Source: an uncultured Bifidobacterium sp.
GTDB lineage: Bacteria > Acidobacteriota > Vicinamibacteria > Vicinamibacterales > CAVVIG01
Length of the DNA stretch: 64,000 bases
NCBI GenBank assembly: GCA_964386715.1
Contig: CAYLTD010000008.1
Location: 57,123 to 121,122 of the forward strand
Reading direction: 5' to 3'
The notes beneath the pieces are model-generated. The model was not told where the DNA came from and made no database searches. It saw nothing but the letters and a program-made list of their open reading frames with translations. Numbering within the stretch: position 1 is the first letter of the stretch; every line of letters begins with the position of its first letter. Shown piece by piece: positions 36,246 to 46,100 of this stretch. A program made the translations under genes and the position numbers.

Positions 36246-37085
36246 TTATCCCCGGGTTAGTCCCGACAGCCGGCGCGTCGCCAGCCGGGCCAGCAGCGAA
36301 CAGACCAGGACGATCATCACCAGGACCAGCGCCCCGGCCCAGGCCTGCCGATGCCAGTCCTCGTACGGGGAGATGGCGTAGGTGAACACCTGCACCGTCA
36401 GCGACGAGATCGGCTGCGACAGGTTCGTGTTGAAGAACCGGTTGTTGAACGACGTGAACAGCAGCGGCGCGGTCTCGCCCGCAATCCGCGCGAGGGCGAG
36501 CACCACGCCCGTCACGATGCCAGGCGCCGCGGCCGGAAGCACGACGGTGAAGACCGCGCGCGCGCGCGTCGCGCCGAGCGCCAGCGCGCCCTCCCTCATC
36601 GTGCCAGGCACCAGCAGCAGCAGTTCCTCCGTGGTGCGCGCGATGATCGGGATCATCATGATGCCGAGCGCCAGGCCGCCGGCAAAGGCGCTGAACTGCT
36701 TGAACGGCAGCACCGCCACTCCGTAGGCGAACACGCCGACCACGATCGACGGCACGCCGTTCAGGGTGTCGGCGGCGAACCGGATGGCCGACGCGAACCG
36801 CGTCCCCGCGTACTCGGCCATGTACACCCCGCTGAGGATCCCCACCGGCACGGCGAGCAGCGAGCCGAGCCCCGACAGGATCAGCGTGCCCACGATGGCG
36901 TTGGCCATGCCGCCGCCCGGCTCTCCGACCGGCGTGGGCATGTGCGTGAAGAAATCGAGGTTGAGGGCTCGGATCCCCTGCGTGATCACGAAGAACAGGA
37001 TCATCACGAGCGGAATCAGGGCCAGCAGGACCGACGCGGCGCAGAACGCCACGAACAACGACGACACGGCCTGGCGTCTGCGCAT
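36246..37085 (-). CDS. pstA: phosphate ABC transporter permease PstA
   Basis: 279 aa, 6 TM segments, EAA-like loop (GALALGATRARAVFTVVLP). Follows pstC. Confidence 0.9.
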   Translation of the reverse strand: MRRRQAVSSLFVAFCAASVLLALIPLVMILFFVITQGIRALNLDFFTHMPTPVGEPGGGMANAIVGTLILSGLGSLLAVPVGILSGVYMAEYAGTRFASAIRFAADTLNGVPSIVVGVFAYGVAVLPFKQFSAFAGGLALGIMMIPIIARTTEELLLLVPGTMREGALALGATRARAVFTVVLPAAAPGIVTGVVLALARIAGETAPLLFTSFNNRFFNTNLSQPISSLTVQVFTYAISPYEDWHRQAWAGALVLVMIVLVCSLLARLATRRLSGLTRG

Positions 37086-37090
37086 GGCCG

Positions 37091-38029
37091 CTACACCCCA
37101 GCCGCCGCGGCGCGCGCCACCGGCACAGCCTTCACCCGCCCGCTCCGCCCCATGCTCCAGATCAGGAGCCGCGACAGCGAGTTGACGACCAGCGTGATGA
37201 TGAACAGCACGAGCCCGATTTCGATGAGCGCGTGGAGGTACAGTTCGTCGGCCGCCTCGGTGAACTCGTTCGCCAGCACCGCCGCCATCGTGTACTGCGG
37301 GGCGAACAGCGAGAGCGAGACCTGCGGGTTGTTGCCGATCACCATGGTCACCGCCATGGTCTCGCCCAGCGCGCGGCCGAACCCGAGCATCACCGCGCCG
37401 ACGATGCCGGTGCGCGCGTAGAAAAGGGCCGCGGAGATCGCTTCGAATCGGGTGGCGCCCAGCGCATAGGCCGCCTCCCGCTGCGCGACCGGCACCGACT
37501 TGAGCACCTCACGCGTCACCGACGAGGTGAAGGGCACTACCATCACGGCAAGAATCAGGACGGCCGACAGCATGCCGACACCCAGCGGCGGACCTGAGAA
37601 GAGCGGCAGCTGGCGCAGCGCGTCCGGCAGCGATGCCTGGAAGGTCCGCACCGCCGGCACGAGCACGAAGATGCCCCAGAGCCCGTAGACGATGGACGGG
37701 ATGGCCGCGAGCAGTTCGGTGAGGAACACGAGCGGCTGGCGGAGCGCCGGCGGGCAGAGTTCGGTGATGAAGACGGCGATGCCGATCGCGATCGGCGTGG
37801 CGAGCAGCAGCGCCAGCACCGACGAGTACAGCGTCCCCCAGATGAACGGCAGGGCGCCGAAGTCACCCGCGACCGGGTCCCACGTCGAGGTCCGCCAGAA
37901 GTCGAGCCCGAACCGGGCAATCGACAGCCACGACTGGCGCGCGAGCTCGAACCCGATGGCGCCGACAATCGCGATGAGCAGCAGGCCGAAGACGCCGGTG
38001 CCGAACCTGAAGCCGAAATCCTTGCGCAT
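37091..38029 (-). CDS. pstC: phosphate ABC transporter permease PstC
   Basis: 312 aa. REAAYALGATRFEAI permease signature. Lies between pstS and pstA. Confidence 0.9.
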   Translation of the reverse strand: MRKDFGFRFGTGVFGLLLIAIVGAIGFELARQSWLSIARFGLDFWRTSTWDPVAGDFGALPFIWGTLYSSVLALLLATPIAIGIAVFITELCPPALRQPLVFLTELLAAIPSIVYGLWGIFVLVPAVRTFQASLPDALRQLPLFSGPPLGVGMLSAVLILAVMVVPFTSSVTREVLKSVPVAQREAAYALGATRFEAISAALFYARTGIVGAVMLGFGRALGETMAVTMVIGNNPQVSLSLFAPQYTMAAVLANEFTEAADELYLHALIEIGLVLFIITLVVNSLSRLLIWSMGRSGRVKAVPVARAAAAGV

Positions 38030-38069
38030 GTCCGAGTGCTGTCGAGGGTCCGCTGCCTGACGTCGCGCG

Positions 38070-39161
38070 TCAACCCAGCTTGATGGTCTCGAGCAGGGCG
38101 AGCTCCTGCTTCACGACTTCAGCCGGCAGCGGCGCGTATCCGAGCTGGCTCGCGAACTGCTGCCCGTCGGTGAGCGCCCACTTCAGGAACTCCACCATGG
38201 CCCGTGCCTGCGTCTTGTCCTTCGGATCCTCGAACAGCAGCATCCAGGTGAAGGACGAGATCGGGTATGCGCCGGGGCCGGCGGCGTTCGTGATCGAGAC
38301 GCGGAAGTCGGCCGGCATCTGACTCGCCGCCGCGGCTGCGGCCGCGGTGACCGAATCGGTCGACGCCACCACGAACTCGCCCTGGGCGTTCTGCACGGCG
38401 CCGATCGGGATCTTGTTCTGCAGCGCGTAGACCAGCTCGATGTAGCCAATCGATCCGGGCGTCTGCCGCACGAGGCCGGCCACCCCTTCGTTTCCCTTGC
38501 CGCCGACGCCGGCAGGCCAGTTGACCGACGTCGCCACGCCCACCTTCTCCTTCCACTCGGGCGAGACCTTCGACAGGTAGTCCACCCAGATGTAGGTGGT
38601 GCCGGACCCGTCGGAGCGGTGCACCACGGTGATTTCGCTGGCGGGCAGGGTGACGCCCGGATTGATTCGGGCCAGCGCAGGGTCGTTCCACCGCGTGATC
38701 TTGCCCAGGAAGATGTCGGCGAGCAGCGCACCGGAGAACTTGAGCTCGGAGACGCCTGGCAGGTTGTAGACCGGGACGTCGGCGCCGAGCACGGTCGGGA
38801 AGTGCAGGATCTTCGACGGAGCGGCCTTGAGCTGCTCCTCGGTCATCGGGCCGTCGGTGGCGCCGAAGAACACCGTCTCGTTCGACACCTGGCGGATGCC
38901 GCCGCCCGACCCGATCGACTGGTAGTTGATCCGCACCTCGGGGTGCTGCTTGTGGTACTCGTCGAACCACTTCGAGTAGATCGGGTACGGAAAGGTCGCA
39001 CCTGCGCCGTTGATCTGGAGCGACGCCCCGGCGTTCGCGGCGCCGGAGGGGCCCCCGCCTTCGGGCTGCCCGCCGCCGCAGGCAACCGCGGCAACCATCA
39101 GCACCACCGGCGCCGCACCACGCACGGCACGGGCGAACACACGCGAAGCACGCTGCATCAT
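38070..39161 (-). CDS. pstS: phosphate-binding lipoprotein PstS
   Basis: Start at ATG 39161, 9 nt after GGAGGA. Lipobox-like LMVAAVACGG. GAGATFPYPIY, YQSIGSGGG and SDGSGTT phosphate-binding motifs. Confidence 0.9.
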   Translation of the reverse strand: MMQRASRVFARAVRGAAPVVLMVAAVACGGGQPEGGGPSGAANAGASLQINGAGATFPYPIYSKWFDEYHKQHPEVRINYQSIGSGGGIRQVSNETVFFGATDGPMTEEQLKAAPSKILHFPTVLGADVPVYNLPGVSELKFSGALLADIFLGKITRWNDPALARINPGVTLPASEITVVHRSDGSGTTYIWVDYLSKVSPEWKEKVGVATSVNWPAGVGGKGNEGVAGLVRQTPGSIGYIELVYALQNKIPIGAVQNAQGEFVVASTDSVTAAAAAAASQMPADFRVSITNAAGPGAYPISSFTWMLLFEDPKDKTQARAMVEFLKWALTDGQQFASQLGYAPLPAEVVKQELALLETIKLG

Positions 39162-39251
39162 CGAAACGATTCCTCCGGCCATGCCTGCTGGCAGGTCACT
39201 CCTGCCGCGCACGGACCCAGCTGGAAGTGTGTAACGACGTTAGGCGCAACG

Positions 39252-39290
39252 GGTGTCCGGCATGCGTCCGGCATGTTTCGGGCGTGTAAA
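39252..39290 (-). promoter_or_regulatory. four 11-bp-phased hexamers, candidate Pho box array for pstSCA
   Basis: Sense strand reads TTTACA cgccc GAAACA tgccg GACGCA tgccg GACACC. It contains an 11-bp tandem duplication with 10 of 11 positions identical (+ strand 39254..39275). Ends 91 nt upstream of the pstS ATG. Confidence 0.45.
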
Positions 39291-39298
39291 TTCCTGCG

Positions 39299-40393
39299 TC
39301 ATTGCATGATACCCATCAGGATCAGCACCAGTTCGAGCACCAGGATCAGCACGACGATGAGCTCGAGCAGGTGGCCGCGGGCACTCGCGGACTGCTCCAC
39401 GGCGAAGCGGGAGATGTCGTCCAGGGTCTGGAGTTTTGCCTGCACGTCGGCCTTCCAGGTCTCGAGCCCGAGCCGGGCGGCTATCAGCCGGAACAGCCGC
39501 ACCGCGTAGATATCGCCGATGAACTTGACCGTGTTCTCGGTCCGGTCGGTCAGCTCGTTGACGTCGATGAACAGGGCGTGCACCTGCCGCGCGGCCGCGG
39601 CGTACCGCGAGCCGAACCATCCCGGCGTCCGCCGCGGTTCCTTGAGGCGGCTGTAGATGCGCCCGAGCTCCTCGTCCAGCAACCGGTCGTAGTGCCGGAA
39701 CTCCAGGAGCTGCGAGTTGGCGAACTCGGCGATATCCAGGGCGGCCTGCACGCCGGCTGGCGTGTCATAGACGAACGCCGCATTCCATGTGGGCACGACG
39801 AGGTCGTCGGCGAGGTACGAGATGCGGTGGGCGAGCACGGCCTCCTGCTCCTGCCGGCTGAGCGGCTGCCGCTCGCCTCGCAGCAGCGCGGCGATGTCCC
39901 CGCCGTGCTCCGCGAGCAGCGCGTCGGCCGTGAGTGGTACGTCGAGCGCGTGCACCGCGAACACGACGTAGTCCTCGGACAGCACGCGATCGCCCGGTTG
40001 GCCGAGCGCGGGGCGGAGGCGCTCCGCCACCTGGTGCGCGAGCGTCTCGGCGCGCCGCTCGAGTTCGGCGTTTTCCATCACCTCCGGCGCGGTCGCGAGC
40101 AGCTCGCTCCAGGACCCGTGGAAGGGACGGGACAGCGCCAGCGACAGGACGCCGTAGTCGTAGATCCGCACGCGCGTGTGGAACCCCGCGACCGCCGGCA
40201 GCGCGAGTGCATCGCCATCGAATGCAAGCGGAGGATTGTCGTACTGCACGTAGGGAGGCGTCGGCGGCTTGGGCGAAAGGCGCGAGGCCACGGCCGATGG
40301 CCCGACGAGCGCCGGGACCGCCCCGAGGTCGGCGCTCTCCGCGACGTCGAACAGGTAGAACGCCACGACCTGGCCCGTGCGGATCTGCGACAT
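39299..40393 (-). CDS. hypothetical protein with C-terminal TM helix, possibly RMD1/DUF155-like
   Basis: 364 aa. The C-terminal FIGDIYAVRLFRLIAARLGLETW and a terminal TM segment (LLELIVVLILVLELVLILMG) loosely recall DUF155. The label is weak; the CDS call is good. Confidence 0.7.
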   Translation of the reverse strand: MSQIRTGQVVAFYLFDVAESADLGAVPALVGPSAVASRLSPKPPTPPYVQYDNPPLAFDGDALALPAVAGFHTRVRIYDYGVLSLALSRPFHGSWSELLATAPEVMENAELERRAETLAHQVAERLRPALGQPGDRVLSEDYVVFAVHALDVPLTADALLAEHGGDIAALLRGERQPLSRQEQEAVLAHRISYLADDLVVPTWNAAFVYDTPAGVQAALDIAEFANSQLLEFRHYDRLLDEELGRIYSRLKEPRRTPGWFGSRYAAAARQVHALFIDVNELTDRTENTVKFIGDIYAVRLFRLIAARLGLETWKADVQAKLQTLDDISRFAVEQSASARGHLLELIVVLILVLELVLILMGIMQ

Positions 40394-40435
40394 GGCGCCA
40401 CGCTACCACGGACACGCCGCATGGCCGCCCCGCGC

Positions 40436-40474
40436 CCACGACGGCGTCCACACGGGGTTCACACGGCGTCGACA
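40436..40474 (+). promoter_or_regulatory. four tandem 11-mers with TTCACA-type hexamers, candidate Pho box array
   Basis: CCACGA cggcg TCCACA cgggg TTCACA cggcg TCGACA. Lies 43-86 nt upstream of the ATG at 40393, on the opposite strand to that gene. Confidence 0.35.
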
Positions 40475-40519
40475 CGGCGGCGGTGGCGCGAGCGGAACCG
40501 GAGGCGAACGCCCGGCGCG

Positions 40520-42883
40520 TCAGAACGCGGTACGCAGGCGCACCATCCAGGTGCGGGGCGCACCGTAGTGCGTCCCGTTGAAGATCGAGAGGAAGTTGAG
40601 CAGGTACCGCGTGTCGAACACGTTCAGCAGTCCCGCCTGCAGTTCGAGCCTCCTCGGGCCGCGCCGCACCAGGTCGGCACTCGCCAGCACGTCGAGCAGC
40701 GCCCGCGACCTCGCGCGCCCCGTTGCCACGTTCACCAGCGGCAGGGCCGCGGGATCCTCGAAGGTCGCCGGATCGAACCCCTCGGGCAGCGCGAACGGGA
40801 TGCCGCTGTCCACGCGGCCGGTGGCCGACAGCGAGACGCGCGTGCTCGGGTGCTGCCAGGTCGCGCCGTACTGCATCTGCCAGCGCTGATCGTGATCGGC
40901 GTAGAACCGCTCCCCCGCCTCCGGCACCTCCTCGAGGAACAGGCCCCCGGTGAGCGGCGCCGTCAGGAGCGTCCGCGCCCGCGCGAGGCTCAGGTACCCG
41001 TTGACACCACGGTAGACGGGCACGTCCACCCTGGCCTCGACACCTTCGGCGACCCCCCGGGCCACCGAAATCGGGAACGTCACCGTCGTGTCGAAGAACT
41101 GCGCCACGTCGGCGAGGTTGCGGATGTTCTTGCGGTAGTAGGCGAGGTCCACCTTCGCGCGCGTGGAGAATGCCTGCTGCACGCCGACCTCGAAGGCGTG
41201 CTGACGCTCCGAGGTGACGTCGGCGCCGGCGATGCCGCTGGTCGACAGCGCGCGCGCCTGCGCCGAACTGGACAGCAGCAGGTTCTCGGAGAACGGCGGC
41301 ATGAAAATGCGGCTGTACGACCCGCGGATCACGGTGCCGCTGTCGTGCACGTGATAGGCGACGCCGAGCCGCGGGCTCAGCGCCGACTCCTCCACCAGCA
41401 TGTCGTAGCGGTCCCAGCGCATGCCGACGTTGATGTGCAGGTCCTCGAGGGGCGATACCGAATCCTGCACGAAGAGCCCGAGGTTCTGGCCCACCGCGCG
41501 CCCGGCAAAGAAGAACGGCCGTCCGCCTCGTGCGGGATCGAGCGCCGCCTGCAGCGCCGGGTCCACGTCGCCGTTCGGCGTCATGCCGAACTGCTCACGC
41601 GCCGGGTTCCGGTCGTACTGCACGCCGGCCTTGAGTCGATGTCCCGCGGCCGCGTAGCTCACGGCCGCGTTGACGCCCTGGTGATCGAGCGAGCGATCCT
41701 GCGTCGCGGCCAGCGGCACGGCTGTCGAAGCATCGAGCCGGGCGGTAGCCGCCCGCCGGTACGCCTGCACATCGAGCGTCGTGTGCGCGTCGAGCTGCCG
41801 CAGCCACGTCAGCGTCTGCGAGTTGTCGCGCAGGGCCTGGGTCGTGTCCACGCCGAGCGCCTGCGACGCGGCGCGGTTCGCCACGCGGAAGTCGCTGCCG
41901 TTGGCGCTGACCACGGCCCGCACGAAGTCGTGGTCCGACAGGCGGAATTCCATCTTTGCGGTGAACCGGCGCGCATCGCCGCTGTTGTTGAAGTTGTCGG
42001 CGGTCGGCGGGTCGAGGTAGCGATCGGTGCGGTTCCCGCCGGCGCTCACGAAGTAGCCGGTGTTCGTGCCGACGCGCCCGCCGATGGTGGCTCCGCCATC
42101 AACCGCGCCGAAGCGGCCGAGATTGAACGTGCCGGTGCCGGTCACGCGGCGCGGATCGTCGAGGCCCGACCTCGACGTGATGTCGACCACCGCGCCCAGC
42201 TTGCGGCCGTACTCCGCGGGAATGCCGCCGGTCATCACCGCGGCGGACTTCACGTACCGCGGGTCGAGGGGGTTGGCGTAGGCCTCCGTGTATTCGTCGG
42301 TCATCGGCACGCCGTCGACGATGTACTGGATCTGGCCGTGGGATCCGCGCACGTGGATGCGCCCGTTCTGGCTCGGGATGAAGCCGGGCGCCGACAGCAG
42401 CATGCCCGAGAGCTGCCGGCTCGGCGTGGCGGTCGGCATGCGGTCGATCAGGCTGGCCCCGAGGTCGACGTGCGAGCCGGTCGACGAGGTCTCGAGGATG
42501 GCGTCGGCGGACACCTGCACCGTCTCGGCAACCGCGGCGACGCCCACCTGCAGGTCCACCGCCATGGGCACGGTGGTGTGCACGTCCACCACCTGCTGCG
42601 CCTGGGCGAATCCGGGCAGCGCCGCGGTGAGCACGTAGATGCCGAACGGCACGTTCGAGAGCAGGTACCGGCCGTCCCCGTCGGTGACGGCTTCCTGCCC
42701 GGCCTGCGAGATGCGGTTCAGCAAGGTGATCGAGGCACCGGGTACCGGGAGCCCCTGGGGATCGGTGACGGTACCGGAGACGGTCCCGATGTTCTGCGCC
42801 GCGAGGCGGGTGACGCCGAGCAGCAGGCACCACAGCACGCAGGCAGTCAATCGTGCGCTGACAACAGGCCGGAGGGCGGTCAT
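40520..42883 (-). CDS. TonB-dependent receptor with carboxypeptidase-regulatory-like N-terminal domain
   Basis: Signal peptide followed by GTVSGTVTDPQGLPVPGASITL. Plug and barrel. C-terminal VRLRTAF. Confidence 0.9.
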   Translation of the reverse strand: MTALRPVVSARLTACVLWCLLLGVTRLAAQNIGTVSGTVTDPQGLPVPGASITLLNRISQAGQEAVTDGDGRYLLSNVPFGIYVLTAALPGFAQAQQVVDVHTTVPMAVDLQVGVAAVAETVQVSADAILETSSTGSHVDLGASLIDRMPTATPSRQLSGMLLSAPGFIPSQNGRIHVRGSHGQIQYIVDGVPMTDEYTEAYANPLDPRYVKSAAVMTGGIPAEYGRKLGAVVDITSRSGLDDPRRVTGTGTFNLGRFGAVDGGATIGGRVGTNTGYFVSAGGNRTDRYLDPPTADNFNNSGDARRFTAKMEFRLSDHDFVRAVVSANGSDFRVANRAASQALGVDTTQALRDNSQTLTWLRQLDAHTTLDVQAYRRAATARLDASTAVPLAATQDRSLDHQGVNAAVSYAAAGHRLKAGVQYDRNPAREQFGMTPNGDVDPALQAALDPARGGRPFFFAGRAVGQNLGLFVQDSVSPLEDLHINVGMRWDRYDMLVEESALSPRLGVAYHVHDSGTVIRGSYSRIFMPPFSENLLLSSSAQARALSTSGIAGADVTSERQHAFEVGVQQAFSTRAKVDLAYYRKNIRNLADVAQFFDTTVTFPISVARGVAEGVEARVDVPVYRGVNGYLSLARARTLLTAPLTGGLFLEEVPEAGERFYADHDQRWQMQYGATWQHPSTRVSLSATGRVDSGIPFALPEGFDPATFEDPAALPLVNVATGRARSRALLDVLASADLVRRGPRRLELQAGLLNVFDTRYLLNFLSIFNGTHYGAPRTWMVRLRTAF

Positions 42884-43175
42884 GAATCCTTACGGAATTA
42901 CGATGGAGCCAAACCCATCCACAGCGTAGGTCGATGCCCTGGCGCTGTCAAACGGCGCGACGGACCCGCCGAGGCTATCGCGCGCCCGCGTTCTGGGCGA
43001 CCGGCCGGCTCGCTGCGACCATCCGGTGTGACGCCCCGGGCGTGCGCGGTCGTACCGCCGTTGCAACGACTTCATCTGCCAGTGACGCCGCGTTGTCCCC
43101 GCGGTGACAGGCGGCTGCTAGCGTCGGGGTCGCGGGTGCTGTCGCCCGCGTTCACCGAAAGGTTCAGCTGCTCCC

Positions 43176-46100
43176 ATGTCCCTTTTTCGTTCGATCCTTG
43201 CCACACTGCTCGTGCTCGCGTCGGCGCCCGCGTGGGCGCAGTTCGACACCGGCGCCGTCCTGGGGACGGTGCGCGATTCGAGCGGCGGCGTCCTGCCAGG
43301 CGCCACCGTGACGCTCCGCTCCGTGGACACGGGCATCTCCGCCACCCGCACGTCGGACGAGGGCGGCAACTACGAATTTCCCACCGTGCGCACGGGCACC
43401 TACACGGTGACCACCGAACTGCAGGGCTTCTCGACCCGCGCGATGACCGGCATCAAGGTGGACATCGGCGCCCGCGAGCGCGTGGACGTGGAACTCGGCG
43501 TCGGCATCGTCAGCGAGGCGGTGAGTGTTGTGGCCTCGGCACCGCTGCTCGAGACCGACACGAGCCAGCGCGGCCAGGTGATCACCGGCGAGCAGACGCA
43601 GGCGCTGCCGCTCAACGGACGCCAGTACTCGTCCCTCGCGCTGCTCACCACCGGCGTGCGCCTGTCCTTCTCCTTCGCGGCCGGGAACACCCCGCGCGAA
43701 GGATCCTTCAACGTGAACGGCCTGCGCAGCACGTTCAACAACTTCATGATCGACGGGGTCGACAACAATGCGTACGGCACGAGCAACCAGGGGTTCTCGA
43801 ACCAGGTCATGCAGCCGCCGCCGGAAGCCGTGAGCGAGTTCAAGGTCGTCACCAACAACATGAGCGCCGAGTACGGGCGCGCGGCTGGCGCCACGATCAA
43901 CGTGGTCTACAGGAGCGGAACGAACCAGTTCCACGGCACCGGCTGGGAGTTCCTGCGCGACACGTCGATGAACGCCACCGGATTCTTCCGGCCGGCCACG
44001 GGCAAGCCGGAGTTGCGGCGCAACCAGTTCGGCGGCGTCCTGGGTGGCCCGATCCTGCAGAACCGCGCGTTCTTCTTCGGCGACTACGAAGGCTTCATCC
44101 AGGATCAGCGCGTCACCAGCTTCGCGACGATTGCGAGCAACACGCAGCGGCAGGGCATCCTGCCGGTTGCGGTGCGCGACCCGAGGACGGGCGTCGTCTA
44201 CGACGCCGGCACGCCACTCCCGATGACCACGTTCGCGCAGCGGGTCTTCAGCGGCCTGCCGTCGGCCGCGGCGGCGACGCCGAACAACTTCTCGGTGCTG
44301 CAGGAGTTCACGAACGACACGCACAAGGCGGGCGGCAAGGTGGACATGCAGGTGCAGCCGGGTTTGTCGGCGTTTGGGCGGTATGGTTGGCGCGACCTGA
44401 AGACCTTCGACCAGCCGGTGCTGCCGCTGCCGGCCGGGGGCGACGGCAACGGCACGATCTACTCGCGCAATCACCAGGTCGCGCTGGGCACGACGTGGGT
44501 CCCGAGCCCTTCGTCGCTCTTCGAGGTGCGGTTCGGCGTCTCGAAGACGGAAGCCGGCAAGGATCCGCCGTCACTGGGGGCGGCGAGCGCACTCGACGCG
44601 TTCGGCCTGGCCGGCCTGCCGTCCGACGCGCGGATTGCCGGCGGCCTGCCCACGCAGATCGTCACCGGCTACACGACACTCGGTCGGCAGGCGACCAACC
44701 CGCAGTGGCAGTACCCGACCGTGTACAACCCGAAGGTGAACTACACCTGGCTGGCCGGCACGCACTCCCTGAAGAGCGGCTACGAGTTCCAGCGCATCAA
44801 CACGCAGGTGCAGGACGTGAACCCGCTGTACGGGCGCGACTCATACTCGGGGCAGTTCTCGCGGCCGGCCGGGGCGGCTGCCAGCAATATCTACAACCTT
44901 GCGGACTTCATGCTCGGGCTGCGGTCGCAGTACGCGCTGAGCAACGTGCTGGTGGCCAACGTCCGCCAGAACATGCACTTCCTCTACCTGCAGGACGACT
45001 GGCGCCTGCGTGACGGGCTGACGCTCAATCTCGGCCTGCGCTACGAGTACGCGACGCCGCAGTGGGAGCGCGACAACATCCTGTCGAACTTCGACCCGGT
45101 GGCCCGCACGATGGTGCCAGCCCGCGACGGCTCGATGCGGGACCGGTCGACGATCAATCCGGACCGCAACAACGTCGGGCCGCGCCTCGGCTTCGCGTGG
45201 ACGTTCGCGGAGAACACGGTGGCGCGCGGTGGGTACGGAGTGAGCTACGTCCACTTCAACCGCGCTGGCGGCGGCAACCTGCTGCCGATCAACGGCCCGC
45301 AGGTGATCAACGCGGTCGTCAACCAGGGCCCGGCCGATCCGACGTTCCGGCCGACCGAACAGGGATACCCGGCGGGGCTCACCGACCCGAGCCGGTTCGA
45401 CCCGCTGACGGCGAACATCACCTACATGCCCGAGGACTACCGCTCGAGCCAGGTCCAGAGCTGGTTCGTCTCGGTGCAGCGACAGTTCGGCCGCGGCATC
45501 CTCGTCGACCTCGCCTACGTGGGCAACCGAGCCGACGATCAGCTCCTGTTCGCCAACTTCAACCAGGCGGTGCCGAACAACGCGGCCGGCACGCTCTCGC
45601 TGCAGGCCCGGCGGCCGATCCCGACCTATTCGGACATCACCTACGCCTTCAACGGCGGCAAGTCGCGCTACCGTGCGTTCCAGGCGAAGTTCCAGTGGCG
45701 GTATCACACCGATGTCTCGGTGCTCAGCTCGCTGACGCTGTCGGAGGCGAAGGACAACGGCGCGGGCTCGCTCGAAAACCCGAACGGCAACTTCCCGGCG
45801 CCGCAGGACTTCCGGAACCTGGACGCCGACTTCGGCCTCTCCGCCTACCACCAGCCGTACAACAGCACCACGAGCGTGATCTGGTCGCTGCCCTTCGGGC
45901 GCGGCAAGCGCTGGGGCGGTGGCGTCTCACCCGCAATGGACGGGCTCGTCGGGGGCTGGCAGCTCGCCTTCATCAACAGCGTCCTCGCTGGTGAGACGGC
46001 CACCTTCACCTACACGCCCACCAACGCTTTCCTGGTGTCCGGCATTCAACAGGACTTCCGCGGTGCCAACAACTACCGTCCGAACGTCGTCGGCGACCCG

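Noticed and set aside
43060-43109. Five 11-bp-phased hexamers (GTTGCA, TTCATC, GTGACG, TTGTCC, GTGACA) upstream of the TBDR at 43176
   Set aside because: The phasing is there, but the hexamers resemble TTnACA and each other only weakly. Any sequence can be parsed into 11-mers. I keep this only as a low-priority site for PWM scanning.
39302-45013. 1903-aa ORF on the + strand, the longest in the track
   Set aside because: It runs antisense through two recognisable minus-strand genes (39299..40393 and the TBDR 40520..42883). It then runs out of frame through the plus-strand TBDR. Its translation is Arg/Gly/Pro-rich low-complexity sequence typical of stop-free frames in ~70% GC DNA.
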